Part shown: positions 12,401 through 25,273 of the stretch, piece after piece | Layout: each line of letters opens with the position of its first letter | Position numbering within the stretch: the first letter of the stretch is position 1 | Source: Fimicolochytrium jonesii | Lineage: Eukaryota | DNA: 64,000 bases | Reading direction: 5' to 3' | Assembly (NCBI RefSeq): GCF_025526975.1 | Contig: NW_026515679.1 | Location: forward strand, 186,001 to 250,000 | The notes under the pieces: model-generated | Database searches by the model: none | The model's input: the letters and a program-made list of their open reading frames with translations, nothing else | Told to the model about the DNA's origin: nothing | Translations under genes and position numbers: made by a program

Positions 12401-12813
12401 GAGGTGCTGGATCGAGACAATCTGATCGTCCAGGTTGCCGAATGGACAGAAGGATGGAGTGGAAGTGATATCAGGAATTTCTGCATTGCTGCTGGCAAGT
12501 TCTGCCTCTCCTGATTATTTGCATATGAGAGGGGGGGATCTAACGTACACGTTCCCGCGCAGCTCTTATTTCTCTTCGTACCGACTTTGCCTCCAGATCG
12601 AACGCGTCTACTTCGATACCGACAGAACGGGTTGGCCCAGACGTTAAACCTCCGATCTCACTTGCTCACTTCAAAGAAGCGTTGGACGCTGGCGACGTCC
12701 GCCCGTCGCTGAATGACCGCGCGGAGCTTGTCAAGGCTCTCAGAGATTGGGATAAACAATATGGAACGGGCGCAGGCGGCGCCAGGGGAGGAGCGGGAGA
12801 ATGGGGTTTCTGA
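9464..12813 (+). CDS. Large Msp1/ATAD1-like AAA+ ATPase with probable mitochondrial presequence
   Basis: Exons 9464-11709, 11781-11928, 11994-12110, 12179-12494, 12563-12813. Walker A GPPGTGKT, pore loop SMWVGENEK, Walker B IFIDEID, second region of homology [16 protein letters not shown], end WDKQYG..GF*. Confidence 0.92.
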
Positions 12814-12880
12814 TCGCGGGAACGTGTACGTGCAAATAATCAGGAGAGGCAGAACTTGCCAGCAGCAATGCAGAAATTTC

Positions 12881-13184
12881 TCACGCATGTAAACACAATA
12901 GGATAGACACAATGGCCCATGTGTAAATGTCTTGTATGTATGTGTGGCGTATGGACTCGTCGATGGGCGTATGGGCACGTCGATGGTTGTATGCATCAAG
13001 GGACAGGTTGATCCCTATGGGGCCAATACCTATGGCGGGGTATTGCTAATATCCATAGGAGCATGGGCGGACAGAGCAAAAGATTCCAAGTATCTTTGTG
13101 GAGCGTCAAGTTTTTTGGAGCTCCTATGGATCTCTTACGCATGTATACACAATAGGATAGACACGTATGGGCTCGTCGATGGTT
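12881..13184. repeat. Locally duplicated non-coding repeat between the convergent 3' ends of the AAA ATPase and RXT3
   Basis: ACGCATGTA(A/T)ACACAATAGGATAGACAC at about 12883 and 13137, plus three copies of CGTATGG(A/G)C(T/A)CGTCGATGG at about 12948, 12968 and 13164. Confidence 0.8.
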
Positions 13185-13376
13185 TGCGTTTACAGCTGCA
13201 TGAACTTGGGGACGAACTTTGAAGACAATGTGAAAATCATAAGATTATGCCAAAATTTATGCAAGTGTGAATGCCTCAGTGCCATAGTGTCTGCACCGCG
13301 ACGGCGGTGTCTAGAGACACCTTTTTGTTGTTTCCGAGGCTTCGAAATTCGAAGCCTTCATGCCTGCACAAAATCT

Positions 13377-16300
13377 TTACGATGGCTGCTTCTCCTCTGC
13401 AGGTTTAATCCCTAGCCCCTTGACATCCGCGTCTTGCGCGGATTTAGTAGCTGGCTTGCTGTTCGTCATCCAGAAGAATCTCGCAACATTCACCGTCTCG
13501 CCTGACGCCAAAGCAAGGCCCTTATCCGTCCAGTCGATATCCTCCGCCTTGAGCGCGGATGCTATAATGTCCGGTGCGTCAACTGCGCGCGGTTCTCGCG
13601 CTTGTTTGCGCTCGAGTGACGATCGCCGGAGTGGGTTGAGTCTGCTGTTACGGCGGGCTAGGCGGTAGCGCGGCTCAGATCGGGTTGATGTTTCACTGAA
13701 GGCCTTCTCTGTGGGTGGCGGGTTGCTTGAATGTACCTCCGCCAGTGCAAGCTCGTACCTATGAGATCAAGTGGAGCGTGGATGAATACCTGCTGAAAGT
13801 AAGTCAAGGTCTAAGAAACACTGGACATACCGGTGCCTCTTGCCGTCCTCCATTATCAACGAGCCTTTGGAGAGTCCCAATCTCCAGTAAGGCCATTTTT
13901 GGGCATTCAGAAGTTCCGAATCCTCGAATGTGTCGATGTAAGTGATAACGGCTGGGTCACTGGGTTTGGTGGGCTCGGCCGGAGTTTCCTTGCCAATCAC
14001 CTTCTTGACCGCAGCTTTCTCGCACTTGGCTCGAAGGTAGGGTGGCCAGTCGAGGAGGAACCTCTGTCCGTACTTGATGCTACGTTCCGGACCGAGAGAC
14101 GATGGTGAGACGGATCGAAAATGCAGATATTGCCGAAGGTTTATGTACTCACCATGCTTCTCCATCATCAGAGAACACCACCGTGACCGGCCCAGCACCT
14201 TTGGCGGGTTCCGCCTCGCCCCAGCCAGCGTGCAATGCGGATCCATCTGCCTCCTTTGAGCCTGGCTTCGTCTTTCCAATCACCTTTGCCATCGCGCTCC
14301 ATTGCTTCGCCGCGCTCTTCCTCCCATGTTTTGACACCATTCCTTTCTCAACTGCAACCACCTTCTCAATCCGAACGCTTTCCCCATCGTGCGCTGAACC
14401 CCAACCGCGTGATTCGACACCGTTTCTGAGGGATCCGGCGTACTTGACGAGTCGCGGGAGAACGCGAAGTGTCACGAAAATGTCATGATCGGCCAGACCG
14501 TCCTTTGGATCGGCTTTCCCGACAATAGGCGTCACCACGGCTGGAGGAATTAGGCGGACGTCGGCAGCTTTTGCACCGTCCTTGAGTTGATCCGGTATCT
14601 TTGTTGCGGTAGACGGCGAAAGTTGTGCCTCAACGAGTTCACCTTCGGTTTTTCCAGGCTCTACTTTGGGAGGTACAATGTCCACAGCATTTGGAAACGC
14701 TGCGCCTGTATAGTTGACACCAGTGGAATCGAACGGACGGTACCAGCCGGAGTGGATTAACACTGCAGAACAGCAGGAAGACGGATGAGCACAAAATTCC
14801 GGACTAAAGGAAGGTAACATCGGAAGAAGCGTACTTGCGACCATGTCCGAGTCATCTGCGTAAATGTCGGTGCCCCAAACTGCAGACAACCGAGCGGCCA
14901 CATTTCGTTTACACGAAAGGAAGAATGCGGGAACTCGAACCTCGATGGTAGCGTAATGATGATCGATGGTGAACTTGGGAAGGAGGAATAGCTCGATATC
15001 ATGCACGTCCTCGGATCCCGGTCGCCTTAAGCGTGGTCCGGTATAATTGACATGACCTGCGGCGATACATCTGTTCAAAACCTCTGCAACTGCCATTGTA
15101 GACTTACGAACCACATGCATACCAAGATAGCGCTCCTCCACGTTGCGCGGAATACGAGTAAGCCTTTCGTCGTTTACGACTGCCACATTTACTGCCTTCT
15201 TTCGACGTTTGAATTCCTCATTGATGCGTCCAATCTCGGTCTTTCGCGATTTGCCTGGCGTTCCGCCAGCGCCACCCTTCCGTTTCGCACTGAGCAGTGG
15301 CAGAACCTTCCCCTCCAGCTCTGCCTCTTCAGCGTCAACATCATTCTCGGCATATTCCGCATACGTCCGACCCTTATTGTTCGAGTGTCCCTCACCCCGG
15401 GACCGTTGGCTTCCCTCATCGGTATCACTGGGACGCCTCAAATGCTCCTCCGACATTGACGGCAGTTTCGACAGAACGGCATGAGAATCTCGACCGTTCG
15501 AGTCCAGCCGCTTCAGGGAGGGCGCATGGAAGTTTGCTCCATAAGGAGGAATCCCAAACGCCCCACTGGAAAATGGTGAAAGCGATGACAAGCTCGTCGT
15601 GTTGAGTGCTGTATTCGAGGGTGGAGATGGATGCGTGCCTAAATAGCGACCCGATTCAGTTAGCAAAGATGGATATAATGGTCGTTCGCGCTATGCGGTA
15701 AGGACCCACTTGTATTCGACTCCAATTCTGAGATCTTTTGATCTCTGTTGAAGAGATATGTGGCTGGTGGCTTTGGCACTTTGCTCACAGGTGAATTAGC
15801 ACTAAACAATGCAACGCGGTTCGCCAGATTTGCAGATGCAGAGGGTGATATCGCTGAAGGGGTGCCAGGCAATCCGATCTGCGAGTGTGGGACCGCGAGT
15901 GTGGAAAACCGGGACGCATCTCCCGGGGAAAATCGCCCTGCTGGACTGTCGGAATTTGCCGGGAACACGAACGGTAAACGGCTGTAACTTTGTGTATGCT
16001 CGGTCGCTGATGAGTGCCGCCGAGCCAACGGATCCATGTCCACTGGAGCGGACAGGGACGAGGCCGTTCTGGCGGACCCCGCGTTATATGGCGAATATGG
16101 CGCCGCAGGTCCAAGACCACCGGAGCCTGGTACACCGCTTTGTTATTGATATTGACGGTCATAGGGACGGACTTATCAAATCCCTGAACCAACCTGATAG
16201 TCCATGCATCGTGTGTAAAGACGCACGTCTGTCGGAGCCCGTATAAGAGTCGTCAAGACGCGGTCGCTTATTCCCTTGCCCGTTAATAGACCCATTCCGC

Positions 16301-16494
16301 GGCAGCTGAGGTAGAGCATCGCCCCCGGACCCAAGCGTAGTGGTCAATGACGAGAGGGGCGGCAACTGGTGCTGAGTGGACGGCGGAGCTGGTGCAAATT
16401 GTGGAAGCGCCTGCTCTGCGTCATGAGAGTACCGTCGCGTCTCCGCCGCGGCGGCATCTCCGTCAGGAGATAGCGCTCGTTTCCTAGACTCCAT
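13377..16494 (-). CDS. RXT3: Histone deacetylation protein Rxt3 (Rpd3L-complex subunit)-like
   Basis: Multi-exon (introns near 16190-16130, 15710-15640, 14834-14763, 14152-14080, 13829-13760). Rxt3 motifs VWGTDIYADDSDMVA..LIHSGW and VTLRVLPRLVKYAGSLRNGVESRGWGSAHDGES. The 5' exon boundaries are less certain. Confidence 0.85.
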
Positions 16495-18191
16495 CGGACC
16501 CCTCTAAAACTTCCACAATATATTCAAGATGTGATTGCGAGGCGGTGTGCCGCTGTAGCTTGAACGGCGCTGTTCCTTTCTTTCCAAGGAGGACCACGCG
16601 CGCCTTATTGTTGGCCGGGGCACGGTCTCCAAGTGTATCTCGTCAAACTGCAACGTCGACTGCCTTGGGCGTATCTGGTGTTGGATGAAAGGATTTTGCT
16701 GGTGTAATGAAGGTAAACGCCTCGCAAGCTGCTCGCATTGTTTGTGGACACTTGGGGGACACTCAAAAAACACAGCGTTTATTGCGTTCACGTGACTTAA
16801 CCCCGTTCCGCTTTCGTCTTGAAACTCACGGAAAAGGGTGCAAACGGCGCTTGCCGCTTGCCAGTGTTCCCCGACGGTTATCGGGCTTAGTTGAGCTCAA
16901 GCTTTCAAGGCTGGATCGGGCCGAATCGACCTCAACCCAAGGGGAAATCCCAAGGATTCGGCTCAACTTCGGAATCCCGATGACGATTTGACCTGGCCCT
17001 TGTATTCTGATGAACAGGCAACCAACAGAGTAATTGCCACAAGCAGTTCGGGTCCCGAGTCGGAGCTGCCGGAGAATGTGAGGTCCACACGCGACATTCA
17101 TGCATAATAGACCGACTGCTTTGCAATGATGGATCCCGGGCCAACCTATTTTTACCCCATCGTCTTCAGAAGTCGTGTAGACATCGAATGGTGGGGCGAC
17201 TTCAAGAGATCGGCTATATGAGATCACTCAGATCAGGGCCTTCTTTCCTGTGCCGTGTAACTTGTCTTACGCTGCATGCACTGCCGTCGAAACCCCGAGT
17301 AAAACGCGCGACAGAATTTGTCAGCGACAAGCCCTTTCTTTTCCGGACAACATCTCATCCCCGTCAATCCCAACTTTTTCGCGCGACCGTATATATGTAC
17401 GGCAAAACTCGGATATCGGCCAACATACCACACCCCGCCGACTGCCCGCACATCCAAGCTGGTGTGAAGTTTTCACTATCCGATCCCAAGTTATCTCTGC
17501 GAGTTGTCTCCTGGTGAGTGCTTTTGAGGACATTGGCGACGGGAGCGGGGGTCGGAGGGATATATTCGACATGAGGGAGAACTCAGGGCTGTTTTGTGAC
17601 CGTTGTGGACATACGCAGCGGAGTGAAACGACCATGGCCACGTCGCGCACTTCGCGTATGTGAAATCGGACTCCGGCACCGCTACGTAGATATGGATTAT
17701 CCGTGGGGAACACATAATCATGACGAGTTGTGGAACTGCCACATTTGGCGTTTGCCAAGCGACCTGCTTGCGCATGGGAACCGCCGCGGCTCACGGCGTT
17801 TTACGGTGGCTCTTGCATGCAAATTGAGGCTCGGAAAACCGATCTAGCGGCAGGGAATCTGATGAGGGCAGACAAAGGAAGGGAGAAGGAAAAACTCTCC
17901 GGAGTCAAGCTGGAAACCCCTCCTTGCTGGCAGTCATCCAAACGCTGACAACGCCCACCTTACGAAAGTGCGTAGAGACAGAGCAAGGTGCCTCGGCCCG
18001 ACTTTCCCACCGCACTTGCTAGTGGAAAAAAAGAGCTTCTGCTGGTCTGAGTTTCGGAGCGCTTACTCTCCTTTTGCTTCCTTCTTTTATCAGCCCCTTG
18101 CGTCCTCGCCCGCCGCTTGTCGCAATCACTTTTCTACAAAGCACCATTTCGACGGCTATCCCCATTCGCCAGCCCCCACTCGCTTAGGAGG

Positions 18192-18211
18192 AAACAAACA
18201 AACAAACAAAC
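18192..18211. repeat. (AAAC)5 microsatellite
   Basis: Five perfect AAAC units upstream of AUR1. Confidence 0.8.
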
Positions 18212-18464
18212 GTTCGCCGTTCCCGCCCTCTCCACAAGCCACCGGCTGCTTTCCCGCCCCACAACAGACAGAGGAGATCTCCGTTCCCACGGTCAAACAT
18301 TCACTTCGACCGTCACTTCACATAGCCGTCCGGACGTGAACAGCCAGTGCCGCCGCTGGTGATTCAGAGCCCAACCCGCACTGGTGATTGGCAGTAAATC
18401 AGCTGCTGCTTCTCAGTCTTCCGCCTTTCCTCCCCCCATACCCCCACAACCTCCTGCGATAACA

Positions 18465-19628
18465 ATGTCGATACGAGCGTCATTACGGCGAATGTGCCTG
18501 TGCAACCCTCGACAGTGCTTCCGCCACAGCGACGGCTCATGTTTCCCAGTGTGTGGATTCGCAAAACAAGCATTCCTGGCAATACTGCCACTAGGGCTCT
18601 GGCTGATTGCCTTCTCCTGCGCACAATTCGTACCCTCAGCCTGGCGGCCAGGCATTTCCGTCGACGTTCTACCCGCCCTTGACGAACTTCTCTTCGATAA
18701 CTCCCTTGGACTCGTCTGCTTCGCTGCAGTACTAGTGGCGAGTGGATGGCTCGCTACCCGATCCCACCTATCGACGCTATTGGTGTTTGTTCCCCTCGTG
18801 CTAAGAGGGCTCAGGGATCTCGCCGCTGTTCCTTCCACAGCGGGAGACATTCTTGCCTTCATCCCATACGGCGTCTTGCACTACATTTCCCCCTTCCTCT
18901 TCGCCTTATACCTCTGGTGGAGTGCAGGGGCAAAAATTGCTATCATCTTCACACAAGCGATCGGAACGCAAAATCTTCTTGGGGTTCTCACACAATTGTT
19001 ATTTCCAACTGCGGCACCATGTAAGTATTTCGATTTCATACTTTCATTGGAAATCCAGATCATTCGTCTAAAACGTTCATTTCTTTCAGGGTATAATGAC
19101 ATGTACGGCTTTGCACCGGCCGACTACTCCATGCCAGGGAGTCCGGGTGGTCTTGCCCGGGTTGACAAGATCCTGGGCACGCATATGTACACAAGCGCAT
19201 TCAACAACTCCCCACTAGTGTTTGGTGCTATGCCATCACTACACTCCGGCTTCGCCGTGCTCATTATGCTCTTCGCCATGCACATGTCAAGACGACAAGG
19301 ATCTGTACTCATGATCTACGTGTGCTGGCAATGGTGGGCAACCATGTACCTGCGCCATCATTACATGGTCGACCTGTTCGTCGGCGGTTTCTACTCAAGC
19401 GTAACGTACATGGTCGCGAGGCGCTACCTCGTACGGGCAGCCGGGAACTACCCGGGCGCAACGGATTACAAGCTCCTCGACGTCATGCTGGGCGATCTGC
19501 GGGACATGAAGAGCGAATCGCTCAACGACCAAGGCTTATGGGAAAACACCATTCTGAAGTCGAGGCGAGCAGGGGATCGCGATTCGTTAAAAACTGCATC
19601 TCTGGAAGGAGTTGTGGTGGAAGCATAG
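18465..19628 (+). CDS. AUR1: Inositol phosphorylceramide synthase (Aur1/Ipt1, PAP2 superfamily)
   Basis: Exons 18465-19020 and 19090-19628. Motifs FPTAAPWY, GSPGGLARVD, FGAMPSLHSG, TMYLRHHYMVDL; several TM segments. Confidence 0.92.
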   Translation: MSIRASLRRMCLCNPRQCFRHSDGSCFPVCGFAKQAFLAILPLGLWLIAFSCAQFVPSAWRPGISVDVLPALDELLFDNSLGLVCFAAVLVASGWLATRSHLSTLLVFVPLVLRGLRDLAAVPSTAGDILAFIPYGVLHYISPFLFALYLWWSAGAKIAIIFTQAIGTQNLLGVLTQLLFPTAAPCKYFDFILSLEIQIIRLKRSFLSGYNDMYGFAPADYSMPGSPGGLARVDKILGTHMYTSAFNNSPLVFGAMPSLHSGFAVLIMLFAMHMSRRQGSVLMIYVCWQWWATMYLRHHYMVDLFVGGFYSSVTYMVARRYLVRAAGNYPGATDYKLLDVMLGDLRDMKSESLNDQGLWENTILKSRRAGDRDSLKTASLEGVVVEA

Positions 19629-22015
19629 ACTAGTACTCATACTCAACGTTGCACTACCGAAACGTTTTGGGATCGCGTTGAGAACGTGCGGTGCTCCCCA
19701 CGTCCCGATTCCCACTCTACCCGACCCACCTACCTTACCTCGCAATTGTATAAGGGAGGGCCTTACATCGCTTTATTGTTCATTTTTTCGCTTGATAATA
19801 GTTTCTTTTTCCCCTTATTCCCCTCACTGTTTTTCACTCGTTCACCCACACCTTTTCGATCCGATTGTGATTTTGATGGCTCCTTCACGCGTAGATACGG
19901 ATGATATAATGAAAATCGTACGCTGGTGCACTGTAAGCAGAAATATCTGGCCTCCTCCGAGTTGCTTCGAGTTGCTAATTGGTTGTAGCACGACACATGT
20001 AAATACTTGGTCCAGCCAAACCCTGCTGTTATCCAAGCTCGCCCTCAATGGGTCAGGTTTCGGCATTAGTCTTCGGGAAACTAAAACTAAGTGTAACTGG
20101 AAAAGAACGGCATGCCTTTGAGGAAAACCAACCGGCAGTGACTCAACTTTCCCCCGTGCATGATGCAGACAGGTCCAACAAGCAATGCATCGCTGTGAGG
20201 CTCATATCCTTGCGCACGGCAAAGTGACATGTTTGCGAGGTGGGGGAGGAGGATCCCCGATTTGCTCAAAGCAAACGTCACAGCTCTTCGGCGCACGGTA
20301 GTCACATGCGGACCCCTTGATGGCAGATGGATGGGGGATTCCGGCCAGTATTTCGCATAGTTCAAGTTCCGAAGTTTCATTCGCATGTACTAGTTTCGGA
20401 TTTCAATCCAATGTATTAGATGCTGGTAGATGGAATTCAGCGGCTAGCGACTATCATATATCTATGAACTGCTTTCTGTAACAGTTTCATGTGGAAGTGC
20501 AGCTGCTCACGTCTCCACATCGAGAGCAACTCAGTACATCGCATCAATTTCGGACAGCTCCTGAGGCGGACATGCCGCTGCCAGCGACGCCGAGACCTGC
20601 CCCTCCTTCAACAAACATTTTTATGAGGACCCTTTCTGAATTCATGAGCCACGGAACTCTCCCAAGCTCTAGATCTGGATGTGATATCGGAATGCTCGCA
20701 CATCGAAACGATTCGAAAACATTATTGGTTCGTTCGCGATTTCTTGCTTTGTGGGGGCCTCGACTTATGGATAAACAGAACCAGTGCAGATGCATTTTAC
20801 CCAGGCATCTCTCCTCCTTCTACTTCTACCCAGTGCTCCGGCTGTTTAGCAGTCTCCCATCTGTTGCTTTGCCCGCTGAGCGAAGGCAAGTTTCGCAGAT
20901 AAAGATGGATGGATGGTTTTCGACAGCGCGTTATTGCAAGGGACCGCCGTCAGAATGTATTATGCGACATGCATTTCAGGATTGCGAAAGAGGGTTGGTT
21001 CGGCTAGGTGAAGGGCATAAGAGGCACAGAAAAGATCGGCATGCTTCTATTTGATATGTGGGGCTTCGTAACGGCACATGGCAGCGAGCGAATTCTGAAT
21101 CTCGGCAGCTGTCAGTCGCCCATGCTCATTCCTCGCGTATGTAAGGGGTTTACGGGAAATCCACGCTCAAGTGCAGAGGGGGAAACCTCAGCTCTGCTCA
21201 CTTGGGGAGATATCTCTGAGGATCTGTTAACTTCGCCGAGACGTACCACACAAAGTGCCTTATGGAACAAGCCAGTTATATGCCATCGTAAAGCCGATTT
21301 GGCTCCTCCACTTTTCGCCGTCTCACACACCTTTGTGGAGAGCCATCCAATTCACGAATGGATGCCGAAGATCCATCCATGCACAAGTCCGTTTTGGTGG
21401 TTAGGGCGAGTGTGCCGTGAGTCACGAGCACGCAGCTGAATCAATCGTACCCCATTTCCCCCGTCCCAAGTGCTATGGTGACCGCGCCATGACTGAATAG
21501 GCGTAACATTGTGGTGCAGCTAATGATAATAAAAAGGAAAATGAGCAAATTGATAAGCGCAAAGAACGACGTGCAACTGGTACGTGCACAGCCAGCGGCT
21601 ATGCCACGGGCTGGGCTGGGCAGTCAGTCGCATCCATCTCTGGGAAAACCCACATAAAACGAGACACGTTGCTTTCGCGTCCCCTCGCACACTCTCCTCT
21701 CTTCCCCGTTTTTCCCCACCCCACCTTGAACCAGAGTTGAGCCGTGAGAGACACACCAGACCCACGGCAGAGACCTCTCAACTCGCTTCGCTTTCACTCG
21801 TTCGCACGTTCAACGCAGTACGGAAGTTGCTGAAGAGGTGAGGCTCAAAGCACGTCAAGAAAATTCGACAGCTCACCGCCGTGCTGAGCCGAGCTGCAAA
21901 CTTCGTCTGGGGCCTGCCACCGCTTTGGATATTTCAAACCCAACTGACTCGTTGCCTCTCACCTCCCTCACTCTCGCAGGACTCTCCCACCTGCACATAC
22001 TGAAAATCCAAGAAT

Positions 22016-25000
22016 ATGGCTTCAAGGCCAGTTTCGGCTGCCCGTCCGGCGGGGCAAGCACAGCCGGTGACGACGTCTTCCGGTAACGGCGAAGATAACG
22101 GCGGTGTGCTCGTCAAAAGGCCCGCCTTCGGCACCAAGGGAATCCCTTTCAGAGTTAGTGATGATCGCAATGTCAATCTCGTCATCGGCCATCTTCTGAC
22201 ACGACCTGTTTGGCGCGGGCTCCATAGGTCAAGACAAACTTCTTTCATATGAATAATGTTCCTACCGGAATCATTTATCATTGGGAAGTCGGGGTCACCA
22301 CTCCTGCCGGGCTTGAAGTCAAGGATCAGTCGACCTGCCGCAAGGCTCTTCAGGTCTACTCCGAGCAACCGAGCAGCCCCCTTTCCAAGAAAACTTATGT
22401 TTTCGGTAAGTTTTTGGACTTCGAACAACGGGCGAGTACTGGGAGGGAGATAGAACTGACCTTCTATTTGCTCTTAGATGGCATGCATATCCTGTACACG
22501 GCGAAAAACTTCCCACAACAACGATACTCGGCTGAGGTTGAATGGGCGGAGAACTCTTCTCGTGCGAAGAACGGCAAAAGGTGAACGACACTCACGCTAG
22601 ACCGCAACTGTCGTGCTGTGCTGCGTACTCACGCCGTCTTCCCTAGAAATCTCTTCGTCGAGCTTCAATACGTTGCCGACGTCGACTTTCGTGAACTTGC
22701 TAAGGCCATCAATGGCAAGAGTCTGGAGATTCCTCAGAACTGCATCCAGACCTTGAACATTATCCTAGCCCACCACCCTTCTGCCTCGCACTTCACCGTC
22801 GGCAAGGCTTTTTACCCGCTGAGGGATCCGGAGTCGACCTTCACCTTGGCTCGTTCCCATGTCGAACTTCACGTGGGATACAGGACGTCCGTCCGAACGT
22901 CCGCAGGACGTGTCATGTTGAATTTGGACGTGGCAAACACGCTTACCTACAAGCCAGGTAAGCGTAACTCCGCTTCCGTTTTTGACAAGTAACCCACACT
23001 AATCTCGCTTGCTGTATCAAGGACCGTTGATCGACTTCTGTGCCCGAGCCGCACAGACCAGGATTGAGCCCAACACCGTGTTGTCGCCCGTTGCAAGGTC
23101 TCGAATCACTTCGGCGATCATCGGCCTCAAGGTTAGCTCTTCCAACGGCCATCCCGATGTTCCAACGCTCAAGGAGAACGGCGAGGCCAAGCTTTGGAGC
23201 TGGAAGATCTTCGGCATCTCCAAGGATCCGGTTTCGAAGACCACCTTCAAGCTCCAAGATGGCAAGGAAGTCACCGTCGCCAGCTACTTTGAGCAGAAGT
23301 ATGGAGTGAAGATCCGATATCCCAACTTGCCGTGTTTCAACGCCGACAAGAACAAGGCGGAGCCCAAATACATTCCCCTCGAGTTCGCTATCGTCGATGA
23401 GAAGCAACTCTTCAGGAAGGTGAGATCTGAAACAAAGAGTAGTAGTATGCGGGGAAGCGAAGGCCAAAGTCCACTGACTCTCATGGCAACTAGACTCTTG
23501 AAGGGCCCCAGTCAAGGGAAATGATTGATATCACTTGCCAACCTCCAGCGAAACGAGCGCAGAAGATTATGGATGCGTTTGAGAGGATCCGATCTCCGGA
23601 CAGCATTCTCAACGAGTTCTCTATCAACGTCAATGGAGACATGATGAAGGTCGACGCTCGCATGCTCCAGCCTCCGAAGCTCAAGTACGGGTCGACCTCG
23701 AAGCAACCTGAAGTGGTCCCAGGAGAAGGCGCTTGGAACCTGCGTGACAAGAAAATGTTCCTCGGTACGGAGCTCAAATCGTGGGCCGTCATCTGCTTCG
23801 GCGACAAACAGCGAACGTACCCCCCACAAAACGTTGACCGCTTCGTTGCGGAGATGGGTAAAACCTGCCAAGCGACCGGCATGAACGTTGCCATGAGGGA
23901 CCCACTCGTCATCTGGGAGCCTGGCGCAGCCCGTGACCCGGAAGAAGTGGGCATTGCTATCGGAAACGCCATCAAGAACAGCAAAATCAAGCCACAGATC
24001 ATCATGTGCCTCTTGCCCGCCGTGGGAGCCGATCCCGTGTACAATGCGATCAAGCTCTACGCCGACACGATTACCGGGATCCAAACTACTTGCATTGCTC
24101 AAAAGCATGTGCAGAAGGCGGCCGTGCAATACTGTGCTAATGTCTGCATGAAGCTCAACTTGAAGCTCGGTGGTATCACGGTGGAGTTGAGTGCGAAGCC
24201 GACATGGGTATCCAGCGCACCTACAATGATTCTTGGGGCGGACGTAAGTAGAAGTGTTTCTACCACTCGCTCGTAGTCTCGTAGTCTCTTATTAACTGAT
24301 CCGTCTATGTAGGTCACTCATCCTACCTTCGGCGACCGTACAATGCCGTCCATCGCTGCGGTAGTGGGCACCTTGAACGCCGCCTGCTCCGCCTTCAAGT
24401 CTTCGATCAAAATTCAAGATGCCCGAATGGAGACTTTGACTTCCTTGACCGAACAAATGATTGAGATCTTCACGGCGTTCGTCAAAAAGAATGGCCGAGG
24501 ACCAGCGCGCATCCTGTTCTACAGGGATGGAGTCTCCGAAGGTGAATTCGAGCCGGTGTCCAGAACCGAAATTAATGCTATTCGAGCCGCCGCTGAGAAG
24601 ATGAGGGCCGGATGGCGTCCACAAATCACCTACGTTGCTTGTCAGAAGAGGCACAACGCTAGATTCTTCCCGGACTTCGCCGCTGGCCAGGGCGGTGGTG
24701 GTGGTCCAGCTCGTGGAGGATTCGGTGGAGGCCGTGGAGGAGGCCGGGGAGGCGGTGCAGCTGGCCGTGGTGGTGGTGGTGGGGGTATCTCCTACCCGTA
24801 CGACAATGTCCCCCCGGGAACCGTCGTCGACTCGGGAATCACACACCCGTCCTTGTTTGACTTGTAAGTGTTGATGAGCTTCGACATCATCAACATTTAT
24901 GAGGCAAGTTACTGACTTCTTTTTTCTCGCTAGCTTTTTGGTCTCTCATGCTGGACTGAAGGGTACCTCGCGACCTGTCCACTACCAAGTGCTCCGAAAC

Positions 25001-25273
25001 GAATGCAAGCTGAACCAAGACGAGCTCCAAGCGCTTTCGTACGAGTTGTGCCATCTTTACGGCAAAGCGACTCGGGCCGTTTCCGTTGTCACGCCCGTGT
25101 ACTATGCTCACACGGTCGCTGCTCGTGCTCGTTGCTGGTTTGCGGCCACTCGCGGCGATATCGGCATGAGCCCCAGTCCTACCGACATCAGGGAGAGTCT
25201 AGGCGTGGGCCAAGGTGGTGGAAAGTTGCCGAAGCTTCACCCTGACCTCGAGAACACCCTTTGGTTCATGTGA
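22016..25273 (+). CDS. AGO: Argonaute (N-PAZ-MID-PIWI), predicted slicer-competent
   Basis: Exons 22016-22153, 22228-22405, 22478-22580, 22647-22957, 23022-23419, 23494-24243, 24313-24863, 24934-25273. PAZ VASYFEQKYGVKIRYPNLPC..YIPLE; MID YNAIK..KLNLKLGG; PIWI GADVTHP, YRDGVSEGEF, GTSRPVHY, YYAH. Confidence 0.97.

Noticed and set aside
12881..13184. Repeat-spacer pattern as a CRISPR-like array
   Set aside because: Only two or three irregularly spaced units, eukaryotic context and no cas genes.
19021..19089. Stop-free introns with length divisible by three (also in RXT3, SCCPDH, oligopeptidase B and two in GH47)
   Set aside because: A handful among several dozen short introns is roughly what chance predicts; they explain why some ORFs in the track run through introns.
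19630..22010. ORFs of 70-187 aa in the AUR1 to Argonaute gap
   Set aside because: No motifs, no codon bias and no consistent splice model; treated as UTR and promoter sequence.
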